Positions 39,628 to 50,316 of a DNA stretch of 64,000 nt are shown in pieces. The stretch covers positions 64,001 through 128,000 of the forward strand of contig CAWBKP010000019.1 in assembly GCA_963789395.1 (NCBI GenBank), in the 5' to 3' direction. Under the pieces are notes generated by a model, which ran no database searches, was not told the DNA's origin, and saw only the letters and a list, made by a program, of their open reading frames with translations. Made by a program: the position numbers and the translations under genes. Each line of letters begins with the position of its first letter. Position 1 is the first letter of the stretch. Origin of the DNA: an uncultured delta proteobacterium. Lineage in GTDB: Bacteria > Desulfobacterota > Desulfobacteria > Desulfobacterales > Desulfatirhabdiaceae.

Positions 39628-41939
39628 ATGATGCCAATCGAATATCAATGCCATCAGCCAATTCCGGCGGTTTGCTTTCCGGGACAGCCAGATCTCAGAG
39701 GATAAAAGACGGGTCTTTTGCCGGGCTGGGACAATTTGCGGATGATCCTGAAACGCGGCAGAAAAACTTTTTGTCACTACTTTCCCAGTTTGGCAGCTGA
39801 AGCACTCCATGATGTGCCAGAAGAATCCAAAAGCCCCCATCCAAAACCCGCCGGTGACCGGTTGCCGGACGAGGAGAAAGCAGACAATGCTCTGGCAGGA
39901 AAGCCAAAAGAAAAGCAAGGAAAGAAGGGCAGATGGTAATACTGTCAAACGATTACCACTGTCCTGCCCGGAAACGATGGCCTTGTCATGGAATTTTGTC
40001 CCTGCCGGATCCGCCGAAGTCCGACCGGTCGACACCGACTGCTTTTCATGACGCTGATTCGGAAAAGGAAGGGGAGGAAGCCTCTGGCTTAACCGCTGAG
40101 GAGTCACTTCCGGAAACAACAGCGAATAAGGGTTTGTCAGGCGAGTCCGGGTTCCAGGCAGGCAGTCCTTTGCCGACCCCGGCTCTTTCGGATTCTTACC
40201 GACAGTCGGCTGTTCCAGGTCCAGGGAACGGACAAAGATCCGAAACAGCGGTCTGAGCCATCAGCGGCTCCGGAGCCGGCCGCCTCTGTGGCCGGGAAGG
40301 TCCAGACAGTCGAGATCAAGCGGGCAAAAAAGTTTCCAGGACGGCGGCAGCCCGATGTGGAAAACATCCCAGGCCCGGATGTGTCAAACGCGGGCCGAGT
40401 CCGGGCTGTTCCGGACCAAGGACAGGCAACGCATCCTAGACCGCGGTCTGAGCCATCAGCGGCTCCGGAGCTGGTCGCCTCTGTGGCCGGGAAGGTCCAG
40501 ACAGTCGAGATCAAGGGGGCAAAAAAGTTTCCAGGACGGCGGCAGCCCGATGTGGAAAACGTCCCAGGCCCGGGTGTGTCAAAATCGGGCCGAGTCCGGG
40601 CTGTTCCGGACCAAGGACAGGCAACGCATCCTAGACCAGCGATCTGAGCCATCAGTGGCTCCGGAGCTGGTCGCCTCTGTGGCCGGGAAGGTCCAGACAG
40701 TCGAGATCAAGGGGGCAAAAAAGTTTCCAGGACGGCGGCAGCCCGATGTGGAAAACGTCCCAAGCCCGGGTGTGTCAAAATCGGGCCGAGTCCGGGCTGT
40801 TCCGGACCAAGGACAGGCAACGCATCCAGACCGCGATCTGAGCCATCAGCGGCTCCGGAGCCGATTGCATTCGTTGACGGACTGGCGGAAACTACTGATT
40901 TCAAGGAGTCGATACCGCTTCAGAGTTGGCGGGGGGCCGATGCGGAAAACGTCGCAGAGGCTGATCTGTCAGATGTGGTATGGGTCAAGCCTGTTCCGAT
41001 TGAGGGGAAGTCAAAGTTAAGCAGTCAGCAACCGGATCCATTGTCAATTCCGGATACGGTCAATTTCAAGCCGGTTGATAGAAAAAATCAGTCCAATGTG
41101 AAGGGGGATAGCGCAAAGACTTTCGACAAACAGCATGGCCAAGGTTGCGGCTGTCCCTGAAAAAGCGCCAACGGATCAGAAGGGTGATCCGGATAGTGCC
41201 CCATAATGTCAAGATGAAATCTACGATGTTTTATTCAGTCATAGATTCCATAGAAACTGAAGGAATCCCCACGGTTTCTGCCGGCACTTTGAATGCCGAT
41301 GGTAACGAAACGCCTGATTTGTTCATGGGTGCAAACCATCCGGAAAGCATCGCAAAAGATCCGGAAGACGCTCATTTTCTACCGCCGGATCCGGAATCCA
41401 AAGCGCTGGCAGTCAATTTTGCCAGGGAAGGTCAGGTGCAAATGACATCCGGAGTGAATCCTTCACAGAAGGGATCCAGGCTCGAAGTCCCGTCGTTTCA
41501 AACTGAAGTGCTGAATCAGATCGTGGAAAAAACGTCGGCCACTTTGAAATCTGGACAGTCTGAGATTCGAATCGATATAAAGCCAGAAACGCTGGGACAT
41601 CTCCGCCTGTCATGTATCACAGACCACCAGCAGGTGACTGTCAAAATTCTGGCGGAAAATCCCCTGGTCAAAGAGATGATCGAAAATCAGGCGGCGCTGA
41701 TCAAAAACGAGCTCCAGCATCAGGGCATCCATGTCAACACGGTAAAAGTGGATATGCTGATGTCCGGTGGATCGGATTTTGCATATTCACAGCATGAGGG
41801 CGCTGCATCCAGGCAGGCTCGGCATGAACCCGCGTACGGCAGTGGCAGGGACAATATCGGCGACAGCGTATTAAAAGAGCCGGATTTATTGGATCAGGCC
41901 AACAACAGAGGCGGTTCTCTTGTGAATTATTTTGCATAA
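39628..41939 (+). CDS. fliK: Flagellar hook-length control protein with internal repeats, several frameshifts
   Basis: C-terminal T3S4 domain [15 protein letters not shown]...[10 protein letters not shown] ending VNYFA; lies between fliJ and flgD; start uncertain. Confidence 0.8.
40253..41030 (+). repeat. About 195-bp (65-aa) tandem repeat within fliK: 3 near-identical copies plus a diverged fourth
   Basis: CTGAGCCATCAG starts at 40253, 40448, 40644 and 40838 (intervals 195, 196, 194). Confidence 0.95.
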
Positions 41940-41994
41940 TAACTGTCAATACTATTTTTTGGCTTTAATCACGCCCGACAGAAGGGGGGCAACC

Positions 41995-42668
41995 ATGACT
42001 GTTTCTGCTATTGGCGCAGCCACATCGACGACAGACAATTTATACAGTTCAAATACTCAGACGATGGGTAAAGATGATTTCCTGAAGCTTCTGGTTACCC
42101 AGCTTCAAAACCAGGATCCCTTGAATCCCAGCGGACAGCACTGAGTTTATCTCGCAGCTTGCACAGTTCAGTTCACTGGAACAACTCACAAGTGTCAATG
42201 ACAATCTCAAAGATCGTCCAGTTGTTCGACCAATCTATCAATAATTCACAGGCAGTCAATTTTGTCGGTAAAATGGTCAAAGCCAGCGGCAGTATGTTTG
42301 AACTTGGTTCCGGGGAAACGCACGAGATACAGTTTCAATTGGGTGAAGATGCGGCTGCCGTTTATGTCAGAATTTACAATTCATCCGGTGAAATCATTAA
42401 AAAAATTGAAATGGATCAGATGGCTGCCGGTGAACAGAGCGTTGTCTGGAACGGTGAGGATGAAAATGGGAATTCAGTGTCTGCCGGAACCTATTCCTTC
42501 TCAGTTAAGGCGAATAACAAGGATGGGGAAGCCATGGACACGGCAGCCTATATCGAGGAACCCGTGACCGGGGTCAGCTATCATAACGGCAATACCTATC
42601 TGCTGGCAAAGGACATGGAAATTCCCTACTCGGCGATCATCGAGGTAACGGAGCCGGAAAAAAAATAG
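41995..42668 (+). CDS. flgD: Flagellar hook capping protein, frameshifts
   Basis: [18 protein letters not shown]-terminal WNGEDENG...GTYSF. Confidence 0.93.
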
Positions 42669-42739
42669 ACGGGAAAGCAGGCCAAAAGCTTTATTAATGG
42701 CAGGATTTATAATACACAACATCAAAGGAGGTAGTTCAT

Positions 42740-43560
42740 ATGCTTAGCTCAATGTATTCAGGTATATCCGGTTTAAATGCCAGTAACCAGCGAATGGCGG
42801 TTGTCGGCGACAATATCGCCAATGTCAATACCACAGCGTATAAGAGCTCGGAACTTTCGTTCGAGAGCTTGATCAACCAATCCGTTGGCGGGATATACAG
42901 GCCAGGAAATCGGCGGCGGGGTGTTACTGGGTGATCTCAGCTATGATTGGAATCAGGGGACCATCCAGAGAACATCGAATCCCTATGACATGGCTATTGC
43001 GGGCTCCGGATTTTTCATGGTCAAGGATGCCGCGGGGAATGCCTTTTACACCCGTGATGGTGAATTTAAATTCGATGCAACAGGAAATCTTCAGACTGCA
43101 TCGGGTATGGCGGTTCAGGGATGTAACTATTCCGATCCTCCGCCTACGGATCCCACTCTTGATGCCATAATTATTGATCCGGCAGCATATCAAGACATTT
43201 CAGTCGATGAAAATGGAGTGTATTGGGGCTGTAACCAAAGTCACGCCGCCTGCCGTCGGGGTGAAAACCGCCCTGTTTCAGGCGGTAATATGTGATACGA
43301 CCGATCGATCCGTAATGGCGAAAACCAATAAAAACCTCTACACAAAGACCACGGACGACGGCACCGATCCGCTGATACTCGGTACCCCGCGGGCTAAGGG
43401 ACTGGGTGGGGTCCAGTCGTCATCTCTTGAAATGTCCAATGTCGATATTGCCAAGGAATTTGTCAACATGATTACGGCACAGCGGGCATTTTCGGCCAAC
43501 TCCAAGGTCATCACAACCAGTGACGAAATTCTTCAGGAACTGGTCAATATCAAGCGGTAA
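42740..43560 (+). CDS. flgE: Flagellar hook protein (short, about 273 aa), frameshifts
   Basis: SMYSGISGL...NIANVNT, DMAIAGSGFF, YTRDG and [22 protein letters not shown] motifs; lies between flgD and flbD. Confidence 0.88.
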
Positions 43561-43650
43561 CTCCTGGAATGAACAGGTGGGACAAGGGGATGAGCAATAA
43601 TTTGCCCGCTGCCCCTTATCCTGAGCAGTCACAGATAAGGAGGCAGCTCA

Positions 43651-43884
43651 ATGATCAAGGTAACCCGTTTAAACGATATCGAAATGGTGGTGAATCCGGA
43701 GAAAATTCAGTCGGTTCAGGCCACACCCGATACCCTGATTACCTTTACGAACAAGGACCGTCTGATGGTCAAGGAACCTGTTGAAGAACTATCCAGAAGA
43801 ATAATGGATTACCGGCGAATGGTTTTTCAGAATCAAGTTTCGGTTGTAGATGTTCTTCAGCAGTTTCCGGACGTTCTTCACTGA
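43651..43884 (+). CDS. flbD: Flagellar protein FlbD/SwrD family
   Basis: MIKVTRLN...NP..I...TPDT.IT...VKE. Confidence 0.9.
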   Translation: MIKVTRLNDIEMVVNPEKIQSVQATPDTLITFTNKDRLMVKEPVEELSRRIMDYRRMVFQNQVSVVDVLQQFPDVLH

Positions 43885-43905
43885 TGAAAGAGGAGACTGG
43901 CTTTT

Positions 43906-44703
43906 ATGGATATCACGACATTGATGGGTATCCTGGTAGCGGGTGTGCTGGTGGTCAGCGCAATTCTGATGGGCGGTCCGGGGATGTGGTTTCTGGATTA
44001 TCCTTCCCTGATGATCGTTATCGGCGGGACCATGGGCGCAACGCTGATCGCTTATCCAATTTCTGAAGTGATGAGCGTTGTCGGTATTGCCAGAAATGCA
44101 TTTTTGCACCGCTATCAATCCCCGACAGCGCTGATTCCCATAATGGTTCAAATTGCCAAAAAAGCGCGGATTGAAGGCATCCTTTCATTTGAACCCCAGC
44201 TGAAAAAGCTGAACGATCCGTTTATGGTCAAGGGAATTCAGATGGCGATCGATGGGTTGGAATCCAGCGCCATTGAAGACGTGTTGACTACCGAAATCGC
44301 CTATGTCGGAGAACGTCATAAAATAGGCTCAGAAATATTTTCGACAATGGGCGCCTATGCGCCGTCAATGGGAATGCTGGGTACGCTTATCGGCCTGGTG
44401 CAGATGCTCAGGCAGATGAACGATCCCACGATGATCGGCGGGCCGATGGCGGTTGCCCTCCTGACCACGTTTTATGGCTCTGTACTGGCCAATCTGCTGT
44501 TTAATCCAATCGCCGGAAAGCTGAAAACCCGCAGCAAGCAGGAGATGCTGGTCAAACAGATGATTCTGGAAGGGATTCTGGCGATTCAGGCAGGGGACAA
44601 TCACCGGATTGTCGAGCAAAAACTGACGGCATTTATTTCCACAAAAACGCTTCAGAAAAACGTCTCTGGCAATATCCGCTCAATGCGTTCGGCAGAATTA
44701 TGA
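43906..44703 (+). CDS. motA: Flagellar stator A subunit (PomA/MotP-like)
   Basis: APSMGMLGTLIGLVQML and ALLTTFYG motifs. Confidence 0.95.
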   Translation: MDITTLMGILVAGVLVVSAILMGGPGMWFLDYPSLMIVIGGTMGATLIAYPISEVMSVVGIARNAFLHRYQSPTALIPIMVQIAKKARIEGILSFEPQLKKLNDPFMVKGIQMAIDGLESSAIEDVLTTEIAYVGERHKIGSEIFSTMGAYAPSMGMLGTLIGLVQMLRQMNDPTMIGGPMAVALLTTFYGSVLANLLFNPIAGKLKTRSKQEMLVKQMILEGILAIQAGDNHRIVEQKLTAFISTKTLQKNVSGNIRSMRSAEL

Positions 44704-45435
44704 CCCCCGATTCCAGATTCGGCAACCCCAGCGACATATCCTCTGTTTCCAGCAACAGCTGGGCAGTGATATATGCAGGATTCATCATCATGCTGCTGTG
44801 TTTTTTTATCGTGCTGTGCTCATATTCTGTGACAGACAGCTCAAAACTGGCTTCGGTAGCCAAGTCGTTTTCAACGGCAGCCACAGGTTTTACGGGCGGG
44901 CAGCGGTTTGAATCCGGTGAAAACCGCTTTGCCGGTTGCTCCGGATATGGTAAGTGTTGACAGTGAGCTTGCAGGGCTATATAGCAATATCCAGGCAATG
45001 AGCAGTGATTTGGGGATGGAAAATGAGATTAAACTGTCGGTGTGCGAAAAAGGGGTCGTTCTTCAACTTTCCGACAGGATTTTGTTTGATGCAGGCCAGG
45101 CGGATATTCTGCCGGAAGCTAAAAGGCTGATTGAGCATGTGGGGGAGATTGTTGCAAATCATCCCGCATACAGTCTTCGTATTGAAGGGCATACGGACAA
45201 CGAGCCCATCCGCACCAGCCGATACCCATCCAACTGGGAGTTGTCCACTTCACGGGCCGTGAATGTTGTCCGGTATCTTCTGGATAAACGCATCATTGCA
45301 GCCGATCGCCTGCTGGCAGCAGGCTTTGGTGAATACAAACCCCTTTCCCCCAATGATACCCTGGAAAACAGGGCCAGAAACCGTCGGGTCGAGCTCCTTT
45401 TTTTTCGAAATGAAATTAAAAAGGTTGTTCAATGA
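44700..45435 (+). CDS. motB: Flagellar stator B subunit paralog 1 (Gly in place of the conserved Asp), frameshift near 44905
   Basis: TM WAVIYAGFIIMLLCFFIVL; OmpA-like IEGHTD, NWELSTSRA and NRRVE motifs. Confidence 0.85.
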
Positions 45436-46169
45436 GGACAAATAATTGTAGAATCAACTTCAAAGACGAACCTCAAGCTCCGGACCCCGCTGGATGGTTG
45501 ATACCCTTTAATGATTTGATCACCCTCCTGTTGGTTTTCTTTGTACTCCTGTTTGCAATGGGAAATATCAATGTTCATCAATCCGAAAAGCTTGTCGGCT
45601 CTCTTCACGGTGCGCTGGGGGTGCTGCTGGAAGGAAAAAAAATGGGTGTTCAGGTTGTCGGGCCAGTTCAGCCGACGGAGCCGGCAGATCAGGTAGTTTC
45701 CGCTGATGCTTCAAAAACGGTTTCCCAGCTTTCAGAATCATCCCGTAATGCGATGGATGATCTGGCCAATCAACCCGATATCACGGTTATTCAAACCCCG
45801 AAGGGAATGTTTATAACCCTTTCGGATGGCATTCTGTTCCAAAGCGGTGTTTCAGAACTGCGGCCTGAAGGATATCCGGTTTTGAATAAAATCATCCAGG
45901 TCCTTCAGAGCAATAAACTTGTCGTACGCGTTGAAGGGCACACCGACAATGTGTCGATACACAGCGGGCGTTTTCCGTCAAACTGGGATCTTTCGATTGC
46001 CAGAGCCGTTCATGTGCTCAAATACTTCATTGATACGGGAGAAATCGCGCCTCAGCGTCTTTCTGCGGTAGGTTATGGTGAATCCAAGCCGCTTTATCCC
46101 AATAACAGCCCCGCCAACAGGGGGAAAAACCGTCGTGTTGAGATTATTCTGGAGATGATGGACTCGTAA
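45432..46169 (+). CDS. motB: Flagellar stator B subunit paralog 2
   Basis: TM WLIPFNDLITLLLVFFVLL; VEGHTD, NWDLSIARA and NRRVE motifs. Confidence 0.93.
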   Translation: MRTNNCRINFKDEPQAPDPAGWLIPFNDLITLLLVFFVLLFAMGNINVHQSEKLVGSLHGALGVLLEGKKMGVQVVGPVQPTEPADQVVSADASKTVSQLSESSRNAMDDLANQPDITVIQTPKGMFITLSDGILFQSGVSELRPEGYPVLNKIIQVLQSNKLVVRVEGHTDNVSIHSGRFPSNWDLSIARAVHVLKYFIDTGEIAPQRLSAVGYGESKPLYPNNSPANRGKNRRVEIILEMMDS

Positions 46170-46170
46170 T

Positions 46171-46632
46171 ATGTCTAAGAAAAACATTATTATTGTTACA
46201 GGGATTGCGCTGATTGTTTTGGCGATTATTGCTGGGGGATTTTTCATGCTGTGGCAGAAACTTTCCGCACTGGATAAACCCAAAGGGGGAGAACCCGCCC
46301 AAAAACCTGAAAAAAGCGAACAAGGCGGCATCGGCCCTATTTTCTCTCTGGATTCCTTTATTGTGAACCTGTCGGACCAGGGTGGAAAACGTTATCTGAG
46401 AATCACCATGGGCCTTGAACTGGGGGATCCGAAATCTGCAGAAGAGCTGACCAAACGTCTTCCACAAATCCGGGACAGTATTTTGATGACCCTGCCTTCC
46501 AGAAAGGTGGATGAGCTTCAAACCATGGAAGGCAAGAATTCGATTCGTTCCGAAATTATCTCCAATCTGAACGCATTGTTGGGTAAAGAGATCGTGAAAA
46601 AAATATATTTTACGGAGTTTGTTATCCAGTAA
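46171..46632 (+). CDS. fliL: Flagellar basal body-associated protein
   Basis: N-terminal TM; FIVNL, IRD and IYFTEFVIQ motifs. Confidence 0.95.
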   Translation: MSKKNIIIVTGIALIVLAIIAGGFFMLWQKLSALDKPKGGEPAQKPEKSEQGGIGPIFSLDSFIVNLSDQGGKRYLRITMGLELGDPKSAEELTKRLPQIRDSILMTLPSRKVDELQTMEGKNSIRSEIISNLNALLGKEIVKKIYFTEFVIQ

Positions 46633-46651
46633 CCTGCCTGCGAGCCATATT

Positions 46652-47644
46652 ATGTCTGACCAGATATTGTCACAGGAAGAGATTGACGCCCTTCTGGGCG
46701 CGATGGCCAAGGGCGAAGTAAATCTTGAAGCGGATATCGCTCCGCAGGGACCCAAAGTCGACACGTATGATCTGACGTCCCAGCGGATTATCATGCGGGA
46801 TGAATTTTATGCCCTGGGAGAGGTTTACGACAAGTTTACCGGAACGTTTCAGGGGGCGCTTTCCGCAAGCCTGCAGCGCACTGTGGAGGTTTCGCTGGTT
46901 TCAACGGAAATGGTTAAATATGGTGATTTCATCAAGGCATTCCCCAATCCGACCTGCTACAACATCTTCAGCATGGATCCCCTGATCGGATCCGGACTTC
47001 TTGTTATTGAAACGGATCTGGTGTTTTCTCTGATTGACTGCATGTTTGGCGGTGACGGAAAATCCCTGACCCAGGTCAGGGATTTTACCATGATTGAACT
47101 GCGGATGATGCGCAAATTTGCCGTGGAAGTGTTGTCCAATTTCGAGAAAGCCTGGGAATTTCTGTTTCCTGTCAAAATCGAATTGAAAAAAACCGAGACC
47201 AAATCCGAATTCGTCCACGTTGTTAATTCCAGTGATCTGGTGATGGTTATCGTGTTTCTCCTGCATGGAAAAGAATTTTCAGGCAATATCTACATGTGTG
47301 TGTCATATCTGATGCTGGAGCCGATAAAAGAAAAACTGTCCAGCAAATATCTGCGAGAAAAGGATATGGCTTATGCCTGGAAGCCTCAGCTGGAACATTT
47401 GCTGGACGACACTTCAGTCGAGCTGGTCGCGGAACTGGGAAGGACGGTTCAGTCCGTGAGCGACTTGCTGAACCTTCAGGTTGCGGACATTCTCAAACTC
47501 AATTCCGGTCCGGATGACCTGATTACCCTGAGTATCGGCAATGTTCCAAAATACATGGGTTTTCCCGGAGTTGCCAAAGGCAATCGCGCGGTTGAGATTA
47601 CCTCGTTGTTAAGTCCCAAAGGAGAGTATCATGACAATGGGTGA
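46652..47644 (+). CDS. fliM: Flagellar motor switch protein
   Basis: ILSQEEIDALL CheY-binding motif; MFGG; C-terminal SpoA domain. Confidence 0.96.
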   Translation: MSDQILSQEEIDALLGAMAKGEVNLEADIAPQGPKVDTYDLTSQRIIMRDEFYALGEVYDKFTGTFQGALSASLQRTVEVSLVSTEMVKYGDFIKAFPNPTCYNIFSMDPLIGSGLLVIETDLVFSLIDCMFGGDGKSLTQVRDFTMIELRMMRKFAVEVLSNFEKAWEFLFPVKIELKKTETKSEFVHVVNSSDLVMVIVFLLHGKEFSGNIYMCVSYLMLEPIKEKLSSKYLREKDMAYAWKPQLEHLLDDTSVELVAELGRTVQSVSDLLNLQVADILKLNSGPDDLITLSIGNVPKYMGFPGVAKGNRAVEITSLLSPKGEYHDNG

Positions 47645-48008
47645 TTCAAATAAAATGAAATCCTCAGCCTCCAAGTCCGGCCCGGGCTCGACCGGAGCTG
47701 TGTCAGGGACCCATGGCAGTGGATCGGCGGATAAGTCCGCATCCCAAAAATCCAATATGGATTTTATTCTGGATATCCCCCTGGAGATTTCCGTGGAGCT
47801 GGGTCGAACCACCCTTATGATCAACGATCTGCTTAAACTGGGACAGGGGTCGGTTGTTGAATTGTCCAAAATCGCCGGCGAAACCCTTGAGGTGCTTGCC
47901 AATCAGCGATTGATAGCCAGAGGTGAAGTTGTTGTCATCAATGAAAAATACGGTATCCGACTGACGGAAATCATCAGCCCGATGGAGCGGATCGAAAGAC
48001 TGCGGTAA
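47631..48008 (+). CDS. fliN: Flagellar motor switch protein
   Basis: ILDIPLEISVELG, LGQGSVVEL and GEVVVINEKYGIR motifs. Confidence 0.96.
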   Translation: MTMGDSNKMKSSASKSGPGSTGAVSGTHGSGSADKSASQKSNMDFILDIPLEISVELGRTTLMINDLLKLGQGSVVELSKIAGETLEVLANQRLIARGEVVVINEKYGIRLTEIISPMERIERLR

Positions 48009-48328
48009 TGGATCAGCCCACTATTTTTTATACCGCCCTGAAGATGCTGGGGGTTCTGATGGTTCTTCTGGCAGGGCTGGTTGCCTGCCTTCATCTCATA
48101 AAACGCCTGCTGCATGCAGGATTGACCGGGAAAACGGATCATCTGATTCGCGTGCTGAATGTCCGTTCCGTCGGGATCAAAAAACAAATCGCCCTTGTCG
48201 AGGTTCCGGGTGCGGTTCTGGTTATCGGCATGGCTGGAGACCGCATGCAGCTGCTGGATAAAATTGTGGATACAGACATTCGAAACCAGATATCAGCGTC
48301 CAGCGCTCAGCGGACGGTTACGGATTGA
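48008..48328 (+). CDS. fliO: Flagellar biosynthesis protein FliO
   Basis: Single TM, then IALVEV...LVIG; lies between fliN and fliP. Confidence 0.85.
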   Translation: MDQPTIFYTALKMLGVLMVLLAGLVACLHLIKRLLHAGLTGKTDHLIRVLNVRSVGIKKQIALVEVPGAVLVIGMAGDRMQLLDKIVDTDIRNQISASSAQRTVTD

Positions 48329-48436
48329 TGCGGATGGAATCGGCAAATGATAAAACACGGACGCTCCGGGCTGGTATGATGCCCATCAAGGATATGTCTG
48401 TCGTAGATCGGTTACATTCCCGGAAGAATCATCGCC

Positions 48437-49177
48437 ATGATGGTTATCGGGATACTGTTGACATCTGTGGCATGGGGGGCGGATCCGCAGCCTGCAGGCA
48501 GTTTCCCGATGATCTCCATTGCCATGGATAAAGCCAAGGGGCCTGAAGACGTTTCGGTTGTGATTCAGATTTTTGCAGCCCTGACCCTGCTGTCCATTGC
48601 TCCGGCGATTCTGATCATGCTGACATCCTTTACGCGGTTTATCATCGTGTTTTCCCTGCTCCGCCAGGCGATGGGCACCCAGCAGATGCCGCCGAATCAA
48701 ATCCTGATCGGCCTGGCCATGTTTCTGACGTTTTATGTCATGACCCCGGTCTGGCAGGATGTAAACCAGAATTCCGTCCAGCCGTATCTGGAGAAAAAAA
48801 TCAGCTCTGAACAGGCGATCAATACCGCCTTAACCCCCATCCGCAAATTCATGTACAAACAGATCCGGGAAAAAGACCTGGCGCTTTTTATCGAAATTGC
48901 CGGGCTTAAACGGCCGGATTCACCTGCGGATGTTCCAACAATGGTCATGATTCCATCGTTTATCATCAGCGAACTGAAAACGGCTTTTCAACTTGGGTTC
49001 ATGCTGTTTATCCCGTTTCTGATCATTGATATGGTGGTTGCCAGCGTGCTGCTGTCCATGGGCATGATGATGCTTCCGCCCATCATGATTTCCCTGCCGT
49101 TTAAATTGCTCCTGTTTGTTCTGGTGGATGGCTGGCATCTGATCGTGGGGTCTCTTGTCAAGGGATTTGTCTCATAG
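48437..49177 (+). CDS. fliP: Flagellar export gate protein
   Basis: TSFTR, QQMPPNQ, GMMMLPP and LPFKLLLFVLVDGW motifs; start uncertain. Confidence 0.96.
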   Translation: MMVIGILLTSVAWGADPQPAGSFPMISIAMDKAKGPEDVSVVIQIFAALTLLSIAPAILIMLTSFTRFIIVFSLLRQAMGTQQMPPNQILIGLAMFLTFYVMTPVWQDVNQNSVQPYLEKKISSEQAINTALTPIRKFMYKQIREKDLALFIEIAGLKRPDSPADVPTMVMIPSFIISELKTAFQLGFMLFIPFLIIDMVVASVLLSMGMMMLPPIMISLPFKLLLFVLVDGWHLIVGSLVKGFVS

Positions 49178-49250
49178 TCACCCCCCACAAGCGTATTCAC
49201 CGCATATCTTACCGGCCATGATTTGATGGAAATAGAAAGGAACAGAGCCG

Positions 49251-49520
49251 ATGACGCCGGAATTTGTAACGGGTTTTTTTATGGAGGCCATGAAAACAGC
49301 AGCCCTGCTGTCCATGCCCGTACTCCTGGTGGGTCTGATCGCCGGGGTTCTGGTCAGCGTGTTTCAGGCCGCAACCCAGATTAACGAAATGACGCTGGTG
49401 CTGATTCCCAAGATGATTGCGGTCGGCATCGCCCTGATCATCTTCTTTCCCTGGATGATGGAACTGATGGTGGACTTTACCCGTAACGTCATTGTCAATC
49501 TGCCGACTACCATTCGGTAA
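49251..49520 (+). CDS. fliQ: Flagellar export gate protein
   Basis: SVFQAATQINEMTL..IPK. Confidence 0.96.
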   Translation: MTPEFVTGFFMEAMKTAALLSMPVLLVGLIAGVLVSVFQAATQINEMTLVLIPKMIAVGIALIIFFPWMMELMVDFTRNVIVNLPTTIR

Positions 49521-49524
49521 CCGT

Positions 49525-50307
49525 ATGGCCACACTCAGTATTTCCCTGCTTCAGATTCAGCTTTTTCTGTTTATTTTTATACGTGTCAGCGCAATGACAC
49601 TGACCGTACCGGTATTTGACAGTCGGAATATTCCCGCAGTGTTCAAAATCGGACTTTGTTTTACCGTTGCCCTGGTGCTGTATCCGATTGTCAGGCTCGA
49701 GCCGGTTGCGCTGGCGCCTTCCGTGATTTCTTTTGTCATCGGCATTGCCTGTGAAATACTCACCGGCGTCATTATCGGCTTTCTGATCCGGCTGGTTTTT
49801 ACCGGCATTCAACTGGCGGGTGAATTGGTGGCGTTTCAAATGGGCTTTAGCGTAGCCAGCGTGATTGATCCCATGTCCAGCAGCCAGGTGCCCGTCATAT
49901 CCCAGACGATTTATATGTTTGCCATTTTGATTTTCCTGACGACCAATGCCCACCACTGGGTGCTTCGGGCCCTTGTCGAGAGTTTCAGCCTGATCCCGCC
50001 TTTTGGGTTTCATTCTTCTGGAAATCTGATGGCCCGCTTCATCCAGGCTGCCGGAGATATGTTTGTTATCGCTGTCAAGGCCGGTTCCCCCGTGATTGTT
50101 TCCCTGCTTCTGGTCAGTCTGGGCCTGGGTCTGGTCGGCCGGACCGTTCCGCAGATGAATGTGTTCATGGTAGCCACACCGGTGAATATATTGATCGGAT
50201 TTCTCTTTCTTTCCCTTTCGCTTCCGATGATGATGACGTTTTTAACGCAACTGCTGAACGGATTGGGAAAGGAAATACTTCAGATCATGAAACTGATGGG
50301 CCCATAG
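49525..50307 (+). CDS. fliR: Flagellar export gate protein
   Basis: AGELVAFQMGF, DP and RTVPQMNVF motifs. Confidence 0.95.
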   Translation: MATLSISLLQIQLFLFIFIRVSAMTLTVPVFDSRNIPAVFKIGLCFTVALVLYPIVRLEPVALAPSVISFVIGIACEILTGVIIGFLIRLVFTGIQLAGELVAFQMGFSVASVIDPMSSSQVPVISQTIYMFAILIFLTTNAHHWVLRALVESFSLIPPFGFHSSGNLMARFIQAAGDMFVIAVKAGSPVIVSLLLVSLGLGLVGRTVPQMNVFMVATPVNILIGFLFLSLSLPMMMTFLTQLLNGLGKEILQIMKLMGP

Positions 50308-50316
50308 GAAAATTCC

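Noticed and set aside
40253..41030. 195-bp repeats as mobile element or ncRNA array
   Set aside because: The repeats are head-to-tail, codon-length, translate as a continuous protein repeat inside fliK, and have no terminal repeats.
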